Assembly (NCBI GenBank): GCA_964016885.1
Contig: OZ024740.1
Span: 196,726,001-196,790,000 of the forward strand
DNA from: Eledone cirrhosa
Taxonomy: Eukaryota
DNA: 64,000 nucleotides
Direction: 5' to 3'
Shown here: positions 39,379 to 50,600 of the stretch, one piece after another
Position numbering within the stretch: the stretch's first letter is position 1
Layout of the letters: each line of letters opens with the position of its first letter
Made by a program: the position numbers and the translations under genes
Notes under the pieces: generated by a model
Database searches by the model: none
What the model was told of the DNA's origin: nothing
Seen by the model: only the letters and a program-made list of their open reading frames with translations

Positions 39379-42300
39379 TTTTTATTTTTATTTTTATTTT
39401 TCTTCTTCTATCACGGCAACAAGGACACCATTTTATTTAAATTAAATGTATTTGTCAGGACCTGCTGGAAGGAGTGTTTGAGGACTCTTCCCTCACTCCT
39501 ATCCTTCGCCTGGGAGGGTCGTTGGGGCAGAGTCCTCAAACACTCCCTCCAACAGGGCCTGACAAATATATTTAATTTAAAGTGGTGTCCCTGTTCCAGT
39601 GATACCATAAGTATGTGTTTATTTTGTTTAATGGTTAATCCAACCCTGTGTAAAAGGAGAAACAATTATCAACATTCATTATAAACAAAACAAAATAAAA
39701 AAAAAACGTTTCTGTAATTAGTCATTAAACATTAGGCAAGTAATAGAGTTGAGTTATTTTGTGAAATATAAACTACATTGAAAAACTAATTTAACACCTA
39801 TGAGTCAGAATCTGGCACCATTTTAGTCATTAGAACTCAACAAATCTGAGAAATAGTATTTCAAAAATTCACACATTCCACATTCAAAGGTATTTCATCC
39901 AAATCTGTTTTATGTTATCAATTCATCTATCTTTTTTTTAAATTTTACTTTCCTCTTTTTAATTTTCATATTTCTAGTTTGAAGCAAGGAATTTGAACAA
40001 CTTGATTTTTAAGATTGTAAGGTAAGAAATTTTATTTTTTTAATTAGGAATTCTTTATGAAAAAGCACACACATACATCCATTTGTCAATTAAAAACACT
40101 TGTTAGTCAGCTAAAAATATAAAACTTATACTGTTAAAACATATTTATTAATCTGTTAAAAATATATTTGTTAGTCTGTTAAAATCATACATTAGTTTGC
40201 AAAAAACGCCCATTACTGTGTTAAAAGCACCCCATTAATCTGTTAAATCACCCAATTAATGTTAAAATGCCCATTAATCTGTTAAAACACCAATTAGTCT
40301 GTTTAAAACACATTGATCTGTTAAAATCATATTCATTAGGGTATTAAAAACACCCATTTATTTGTTAATATATTCAGTAGGGTATTAAAACCATATCCAT
40401 TAGTGTATTTAAATGGCAGCCATTGAGACAAGGATGTGACAATATATGAAACTGAAACTGAATTGTGTGATTTACTTGTGGAGACATTAAACTAAATGTA
40501 GTGATAATATTAAGTTGATGCAAAATTAACAACAATTTTTATTCTTTATTCTACAATACAACACCAAACTAAAATCAAAACATGCTTAAATGATAATTCT
40601 GGAGCAAAATCGCCATCTACTTCAATAACTGCTTCCCATTTAATTGGCAAATAACCAGTTGTTAATTAAATAAATTAAAATAAAATATAGTCATTAATTT
40701 TGCATCATCTTCTATTTTACAAGGCTTGCATAAACTTGCTATAGTTTGTTTCAAATTATAATTAAATTTAATACTTGGTTGAATTTGGTTTAATCTTATT
40801 GTGTGCTCTCTTATAGTGGCAGATACCCACCAGTCCCAGCAAAATATTCATCCAATCTCAGGGACTTAATATCTGTGATGTTAAAACGATCAGCAATGTA
40901 AGTAAAACTCCACTGTCTTTTCCAATATTAATCCTTTTGATACCAACCTGGCCAGAACTAGTTTTGGTTTTATTATGAAACAAAACTACCCAGGGTTCCT
41001 ATTTAAATTTAAATCTTGTGATATATTTTTATATAAGAATCTTTCTTTGTGTTACTATTTAAGTAATGAAATAATGACTAGTTTTAGTAAGTCCTTCAAA
41101 ATTCTTCATTGATTCATTGGAATAAAGTGTATTTCATTAGAAATACCATCATGACAGGATTAAAGTTATATTAATTGGTGAGGTGGCAGAGCATTGGATA
41201 ATTAAATGCATTTTTTATCATTTGTATTATTGCATTGCTGAAGACTGAGTTTTTTAATTCTCTTGTGGCATTAATTGATGTATTTTTAATTCACTACAGA
41301 CTTTCATTTAACTGCAGTCAATTAGGATTGACATAGGATATTTCTAGTAGTTTGTCATTATAATGAGTTTCCTTCATTAACTCTAATGTCAATTAAATAT
41401 AACCATGATCATCATCATCTCCATTTTTATGCCCACTTCTCGATGCTTACATTGTCTCACCATTTGTTGCATTCTAATGTCATCTCTTTTGTGAGGTTCT
41501 ACATTCTTAAATCAATTTTCACCACTTCTACCCAAATCTTCCCTGTTCTTCCTCTTCTACAGCTTCCTTCCACTTAAAAATCCTTACACATCTTTATCTA
41601 ATTGTCATAATCCATACACATTACATCTCTGTACCAACATCTGACCAACATCTGACTCCTCTTATCTCCATTTTAAAAAAAACTCATCTATGCTTCATTT
41701 CTCATACACATTAAAGTTACATGTCCAGCTGAACATACTGGCTTCATTTCTTTCCAGACTTTGCATCCTCTACAATCAATGCCATGCCTCACTATCATGC
41801 AACATTACAATTTATACACATATATCATACAATTCCCTTTTTGGTCAGAGAGAGAATTCCTTTGTCAGCAGAAGTAATAGCTATCTGGACTTTTTCCATT
41901 TTGTCTTATTGTAGCTACTATGCTTACAGAGTACCTTCCCTCATGGCTGATTAGGCCACCCAGGTAACAGAAGCTATCAACTACTTGTATGGGGCCTTCT
42001 GGGCATTGGAAAGATTGTATTTTACTGGTGTTCTAACTACTGACTATTCCAGTACATCTGCCACATACAAAACCTACCTTTCTTGTCATCCTACTTATGA
42101 TCCCATACAAAGTTTCCCTACAAAAATTAACCTTATTGTTGGATAAAAGGAATCCTTTTCTGTTTTTGATATTTGAATGTTGAAATAACAACTAATAGGT
42201 GAATTAACTCTGTAACCTAGTTTCTATATGCTTTAATGCTAAAGAAATACTAAATAATGTTTTTAAATATTAACTTTATTGCAATTTCTTTAAATTGCAG

Positions 42301-45300
42301 TGAGCGTCCTTCAATTAACAATGTATTGAAATACCCTTTTATTGGAAAGAGAATTGCAAAGTTTTCAATTGGCATTGTAAGTATGGTTTTATTACAAAAA
42401 AAAAAAAAAAAATTAATTAGTCAAAACAGATAAGCGAAATTTTGAAAAACAGGGAATATAGGTTCTAAATTACTAAATATAGCTTGATGAGTGATAATGA
42501 AAACTGAAATAGAAGACTATTGTGGAAATACTATAATTTTTATTAACAGTCTGCGACAGTATCGAGGGTACTCGTGAAACTTGTTAAAAACATTTAACAC
42601 AGCCTCTGATGTTGCATGATACACCTAAAACTGAAGGCGAAAAATTAGTCAGAATATGAACTTTGCATTGATTTCCAGGGTATTTAGGGCTTGGGCAATG
42701 ATTGGTCAGTGGGAAAAATTCCAAAGTACCCTCAATGCTGTCATGGACTCTAAATACAATTTAAACATTGTCTATATTCAGAATGCATAATTTATATATC
42801 TACTTATATATATAACCAGCAATTTCTCTGTCTGTCTGTCCGACAGTGGAAACACGTGCGTAGAGAGAGTGAAAGAAAGAGACAGACTACGAGAGGGGTA
42901 TAGCGAGAGGGAGAGAGAGAGTGAATAGACGCTAAAACACATGCTACAGAAATATTACCTTCCCCTTCCTTTGAGAAACACTGTCGCTATAGAAACATTA
43001 CCTTCCCATCTCCACTGACTTTGGTCACTGAGGCCGAGGGAATCGCTGGTTGCTATAGAGACACCTTGCACAAGCCAGAAGTAACCAGTTCGAGGCGGTT
43101 CTGACTTGATACCATGCGAAGAAGGTTGCCATTGAATTTGTGGTTTGAAGAAGGTTGCCATTGAATTTGTGGTTGTTGTTGCTAATAATAAGGACCATTT
43201 GAAGAAGGTTGCTGCTGATGAGGTAATTTATTAATCAGATTGCGCAGTTCCATAACCTACGTTTGATTTGTTCAATTTTTTTCTTCAATTTTTTTTGTTG
43301 TTTTTTTTTATTTCTTATTGAAAAAATATAAATAATAAAATAAGGTTAGAAATTTAAATACAATTAAATACGATTTAATTTCCATTTCCAGCAGCCAATG
43401 TCCAGTGTTCAATTTCATGAAAAAATTGGAAATAATTAAAAAAATTGAAGTTTAACTTTTGAACATTTGTTTTGACAATAAAAAGATATTTCCTTATTCA
43501 CACCTAATGGTATGATTAAAATTTCATAGGAATATTTTTTTCTAACCACCAGTTATTTATTTTCTCCTTTTTCGTTTTAACATATTTATTTCAAAGATTT
43601 CACCGTATAGATAACATATATATTTATACATGCATAAAAGACACACCAAGAGACGGTGAACATGTGGTGCCGAAAACATTTCTCATCCAAATCTCAACAA
43701 TATCAGTATATACACTAGATTTGCTAGCAGAAAACCGCCCACCGGGTGGTTTTCTGCTAGTCTATATATATAAAACTGAGGTTGTCTGTCTGTCTACTAA
43801 AACGGTCGACACACATCTCCTCCTAAACTGTACGTTCAAATTTAGGTGAAATTGCTACACTTATAGATGAAGGTCCGGCGAAGACATTGGTCAAAAACAT
43901 TTTCAAATCGACCCATGCCGAGCGCAAAAATCGAATTTGTAATGTATTGATTTTTCAGTTCAAATGTAGAAATAGAAATGAGAGACGAGGTATTTCCCTT
44001 TTATGGCGTCATTCTGTCTATCTATTTACGTTACGAATATACGACGCGTGCAAAAGTACAAAAATACACGAAGTTTTCGGACCAGCAAAATTTTAACCTG
44101 CAAAATTCATGAGTTCGAAGTTTCAACATTAAGCTTCCATTTTGCTTTATTTCCATTAAAAAGTCTTTTAAAACAATATTTTTACTTGAAAACAAGCCTA
44201 TTTGAATACACCGTAAAACAAGCAAATATTTTGTAAAAAAAAGCATTGATCTCGAATAAAGCCTAATGAGATTTTCATTTAGAAGCAATGATTTTAAACG
44301 ACAGACAGATAACGCATTTTTTTGTTTTGTTTTTCATGCCCATCCAATTTCTTTGTTTCAAAATAACCGATAGTTTGGTTACGCTGATGTTTTTCTGAGA
44401 CAAGTGTTGTAGTGTTTACATTTTCGATTTTTGTTAATAGATTACCAGTGCAGTTTTTATCCCCAGCATCCTCTTTTGTTTTAACATTCGAGTTATGGTA
44501 ATGTTTTCTTAACTTCATAAGGGATACTGTTAGTTGAGGGAATATTAATCAAAAGTACCACATGAAAGTCTACACTGTAGACTCTACAGTTTTTAAGCCA
44601 AGAAAGGAACTTAACATTGTAACTTTAACACAGCTACTGAGCAGCCCCGAGCAACGCTGGGCTTTACTGCTAGTATATATATACAGAGAGAGAGGGGGGG
44701 GGTCGACAGAAATGGGTATAACACGCTTTCATTACCAATTGTGTAAAGGCGCAATGTATTAATCACTTATGGAAAAATACAGAGCATAATAATTCAATTT
44801 AGGTGAATAACCAAAGATAGTTTAAATCACTTTATTCATTTCTATGACCGTTTCAGTTTATTGAAATGTAATTGCAAACATCAATAACAATTTGTAGGTT
44901 AATTAATTGATTAATTAAATCAACAAACGTGGCAATTACATTTCACAAATCTCCTCAGGAAATAAATTCTCTTCTTTGCAACACTTATTTCTGAGAGGGT
45001 CACGGAGGCAGAGTCCCCAAACACTCCTTCCAGTGGGTCCTGTCAGAAGCAACCGTCTCCAACTGATCTGGCTGGATCCCCAACCGAGACCAGCTAAGCT
45101 CATGGATGTTACCCAACCATCTTGCTCGGGGTCTACCTCTGGGTCTCTCGCTGGTTAAAATTTGTGAGGCATGCCTGGCCTTCCATGATTAGCTTTTACA
45201 CCACCAGTATTATCATCATCATCATCATCATTAACGTCTGTCTTCCCTGCTATTAAGGGTTGGATGAGTCTTCACAAATGGAGTCATTACTCATGGAAAT

Positions 45301-47529
45301 GCCTACACACATTCCCATACTCTGCTGAATACATTTTATCATGGCACCAGCTCTTGGGAGCTTCTCATGTCTTCGACACTAATGAAGAGTCCTCCTGAAC
45401 CTTTTTTATGTCAGGTTTTCTATGGCTGGATGCCCTTTCTATCAGCAGCCACATTACAGAGTGTACTGGGTGTGTTTATCGCAGAGACTGCCAACACTAG
45501 AGAAGCTATCATATCTTTGAAACAACTAAAGAGTCCTTCCAACCCCAATTTCTGATGCAACCCAGCAGATTTATGGTGAAAGTGTTACTGAAAGAGAAAT
45601 TTCACATGTCTCGTTTGAAATATTTTCAGGAACCTTCTCAGGATATTAATCGTGATGTCCGTTCCTCAGTGCAATCTCGACCTGGTTCAGCACTATCACG
45701 ACCCTCATCTGGTAAGAATTAGTTGTTTCATTGCTTTTTGTTATATTTTCTTGCATATTTGACATATTTTGTGCTTCTCGTTTAGGCATTGTTGCTCTTA
45801 AACAGTAAAAAAAAATGAGATTGATAGTCATCATCATCACCATCATAATCTCAATCTACTATTGAATTTTATTGATCCTCAGTTTACTTTTTATTTGTAT
45901 GATTATAATATTTTGTTAATCCCGCCAAGGTTAACTTTGCCTTTTATCCTTATGGGGTCGATAAAATAAAGTACCAGTAATGCACTGGGTAATTTCTGGC
46001 CTTGTGCCAAAAGTAGAAACAATTATTATTTAAATAAGAGGGTCATGGATTGGCAGTATCGGTAGAGCGTTGGACAATACGTTTTGTGGCATATAGTTAC
46101 TATAGTTACAGCTCTTTATATTCTGAGTTCAAATCTCGCCAAGGTTAGTTTTGTCTTTCATTCTTATGAGGTCAATAAAATAAAGTACCAGTAACACGCT
46201 GGGGTTGATTTAATCGACTTTCCTCTCTATCATTCAAGTAGACCAAACCAGTTTTTGAACTCAAAATGCAAAGAGCCGAACAAATACGTAATGATTTTGC
46301 AACTACCTTAGACTGGTACTTTATTTTATCAACCTAGAAAGAATGAAATCCAAAGTTGATCTTGTGTTGATTTTAGCACAGAATGGATGGAACCAGAATA
46401 AATACTACAAGGCATTTCATCCAGTGTTCTAATGATCTTGTCAATTTACTGCCTTTTATGACTACATTCTGTCTTACAATGTGTGCCTAGCTTTGTGAGG
46501 CAGTTGGATGTGAATTGAGGGAGATTAAGCTACTATTTTTAGGAGGTCAAGTTACCATGTAGAGACCAGCTTACTCTTGTAACCCTAAAGAAAAATGCCC
46601 TCTGTCTTGTTGATTAACAGTTTAGGGAGAGTGGAGAGTATATATCATTGTTCACTACACATACTAGTATTCTTTTTCTAGTTTCAACCAATAGGCTGTG
46701 ACCATGCTGGGGCACTGCTAGTATGCTTATATTTATTACATATTTACTGTGAAACACTGTTCGCTTCTTTGTATACCTTAGTTTTTTTTTTATATGTTTG
46801 CATTGCTTTGGTTACTATTGATGTCAATAAGTATTACATCTTTCTTTTTACAGCGGCATCTGTGTACTCTAAGGGTTCTAACACACCGAAATATGACCCA
46901 GCTCGGATTTATGGATGCAAAGCTAGTGAAAGGTGACTATCAGATGTTTTATATATTGAGGTTTGGCATGAATGTGATTGTGAATACAAGCGGCTGGAAT
47001 AGGGTTCCTCCGAAGAGTCTTTGGAGTAGTGTATTTGATAGAGTACTTAGCTCATAGATCAGAAAGCCATTCCAGGTAGAGCCACTACTTCTCTGAATGG
47101 AGAGATCACAGCTCTGACACCATGGGCATGTGGTTAGAATGTCTCAGGAAAGAATTGTTAGATAGATTTACTGGTAAAACCTACTTGCAGGAGACCCAAG
47201 GGTAGACTCCAAGCAAGATGGTTGGATAACATTCATGAGCTTGGTTGGACATGCTTTGGGATCCAGCCAGATCAATTGGAGATGATTGCTTCTGATAGGA
47301 CCTGCTGGAAGGAGTTGTTTGAGGACTCTGCCTCCATGACCCTCCCAGAAATAAGTGGGTGAAGAAGAAGTTTAGCATGAAAAGAGAAATGTTGCAACTG
47401 TTGCTACTGATGATGATGGTGGAAGCAGTGATATTTTATATATGTGTATATGGTATGTGTCTGCGTGTGGGGTGCATAAATGTAAATTTTGTGTATATAT
47501 GAGTATTTGTGAATCTCTCTCTATATATA

Positions 47530-47616
<87 letters not shown>

Positions 47617-50600
47617 CACAAGAATCAAAGCTATGTTAGAGCATTTAATTGCTGACAATTGTTTCTTCCAAGCCTAGGCTTGGAGTCTTTGGAGCATTAT
47701 TAGCAATGTTTGTACATATAATCAGCCTCCTATTCCGCTGAAGAATTATACAGATACGTATTGTGGACAACAGTGTGGGATGGATGCGACATATATTATG
47801 TTAAATTGTACAATAAGATTCAAAATTAAAATTAAAAGCTTTTGGTGGGGCACATGTGGCAGATAATACAAGAGTGTCTAGTAAATAAATAATATTAAAG
47901 AGACAGTACGTGCGTTAGTCATATAAAGCAATTGAACAAGCAAAAGTATCAAGCATATATGAGTGCTGGGTGTTGCATATAAAATACAAGCACTTATAGC
48001 ATGTGTGTTATAGCATATGCTATAAGTGCTTGTATTTTATATGCAACACCCAGCACTCATATATGCTTGATACTTTTGCTTGTTCAATTGCTTTATATGA
48101 CTAACGCACGTACTGTCTCTTTAATATTATTTATTTACTAGACACTCTTGTATTATCTGCCACATGTGCCCCACCAAAAGCTTTTAATTTTAATTTTGAA
48201 TCTTATTGTACAATTTAACATAATATATGTCGCATCCATCCCACACTGTTGTCCACAATCATCATCATCATCATCATCATCATCATTTTACGTCGCCTTT
48301 CCCTGCTTGCAAGGGTGGGACGGGAACTGATTCTGGCTTGAGTTCTACAGCTGGATGCCCTTCCTAACACCAACCTCATTTACAGTGAGTGCTGGGTGCT
48401 TTTTTTCCGTGGCACCTACACGTCCACTTTACAGTGGAGTAAACTCTACAGCTGAGTAAACTGGAGCAATGTGAAATAAAGTGTCTTGCTCAAGGAAACA
48501 ACACATCACCCGGTCTGAGAATTGAACCCACAACCTTTCGATTGCAAGGCCAATGCTCTAACCACTAAGCCATGTGCCTCCATAATTAAACGCTTACGGC
48601 ACCTAGGGTTCCCAAGCGGTCACCCATCTAAGTACTAACTAGGCTCGACATTGCTTAACTTCGGTGATCGGACGAGAACCGGTGTTTTCAGCGTGATATG
48701 GCCGTAAACGTATCTGTATAATTCTTCAGCGGAATAGGAGGCTGATTATATGTATAAACATTGCTAATAATGGTCTGAAGACTCCAAGCCTAGGCTTGGA
48801 AGAAACAATTGTCAGCAATTAAATGTTCTAACATAGCTTTGATTCTTGTGTATTCTATATTACTGCTCTGTATAACAAATGTTGTTCTTACATTGAGCTA
48901 TTTATCTTACTGGTAATAAGGTAGTAATAAATTACTGACCTTACCTGTTTATAGTTGTATATAGTATAATATATACATAACTATAAGTAGTATCCTTAAT
49001 ATTATATATATATATATATATCATAATAAAAAACGTTATCATATGACAGCCACTTTGTGATAGTCTGAGAAGTTATAATGTGAGCATGTGCTTAATATAT
49101 TCCTCTCTCCCTCTTTATCTCTTTCACACATTGTTGACATGACATATCCACTCATATCAAAAGAGCAAACAATATATGTGTATATGTGCATGTGTAAATG
49201 TGAGTCTTTATTTATAACAAGAATAAAAACAATTACTCAGTGTTCAGAGGTATTGGAACAGCTACTGTAGCTATCTATTGCTTTATCTATCTCTCTGTCA
49301 ATCTGTCTATCTCTCTCTGTGTCACTCCATCTGTCTGTCTGTCTTTCTATCTATATCTATATCTCATCTCTGTGTATCACTCTATCTTTCTCTCTCTGTT
49401 TCTCTGTATGTCTATATCACTGTCTGTCTGTTCAGCTCTCTATCTCACTTGTTATTGTGTATTTCCATAAATAACAATTTGTTATTTAATCAATGTATCT
49501 GTTCTGTTAACCAGGCCTGGAAGTGGTGCCAAAAGGAAGAAAGTTGCTGTGGTAAGTTGTCATTTGTTTATCATATGGACTAGATTTTATATTTGTTTTT
49601 CTATGTCTGTTGATATACTAAGCTACATTTCAGAGAAGTTTAGGTTAGATCTCTCCCTTTTGTTGTATTGTTTAGCCCATTATTGGTGGGAAGGAAGGAG
49701 AAAGGTGTCTTCAAATTGTAGACCCGACTTCAAAAGCAAGCAACAGAGTGAACCCCATTAAAGGCACCCAAGGGCCAGGTAGGGGTGTTAAACTTTGCAA
49801 CAGATTAAGTCTACCACCCTAGTTTTGTTTCATCATCTTTTGTGAGTTATTTAATAGAACTAACATATCATGGGGCTCAGTTGTTACTTCTTCCTTTTAA
49901 AATTACTTTGTCTTAGAGAAAACAGGAATGAAGTAGTATTCAAACTAGTGTGATTTATATGGTTGGTAATAATTTTTTTATTTTCATTGCTTAGTCAGGA
50001 GGAAAAGCAATGCCTATAACCTATTTTTTGTGGGCATCTGAGAGTGGTGGAAGGGAAAATATCCTCAAACTGGAGACCTGGCCTAAATCCTTACAACAAA
50101 GAGGAGTCCACTAAAGGCACTCAAGGACCAGAGCATGGTGTTAAACAGAGTAATAGCTTAACCCTTTAGCATTTACATTACTCTATTTTTACTATTATAT
50201 TTTCATGGTAAAGGCTTTACCTCACATAATTATCTCACATAATATTGAATCTATGAGATTATGATATTATTTATTTTGAGAACAATACCTTAGCATCAGT
50301 ATAGGTGGCCAGTTATGACCTGTTTGAACAGGAAGAGGTGAGAGAATTGTGGCCAGATATAGCTTAAGAGTTAAGTAAAAAAATTACAGAGAAATGTATG
50401 AAGGGAGAGGGAGATTCTAGAATTTCAGTTCTTACAATGAAGAAATGTTATTCATCTAGTTTGTTTTTGCTTTTTATTAGCCCAAGGTCAGCCTTCCTCT
50501 AGCAGACCTCCATTTTTTAAATGTGAATTTCTGCTTCATTACAGATGGTACAGTATGTTCATGTGCAAGCAGCTTCATCCCATTAGCCCATAAACTGAAG

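Larger units (their letters stand above)
47611..48856. repeat. Large inverted repeat with ~390-bp arms; right arm split by a ~450-bp insertion
   Basis: 47760-48002 is the exact reverse complement of 48017-48259; 47611-47759 pairs with 48708-48856 with 5 mismatches. Confidence 0.95.

Noticed and set aside
47730-47785. Second CTGAAGA in the large palindrome
   Set aside because: No GAAA or convincing stems follow it.
48500-48582. tRNA-like sequences here and in many other places
   Set aside because: They are SINE heads with A/B boxes that run into repeat bodies; no complete cloverleaf.
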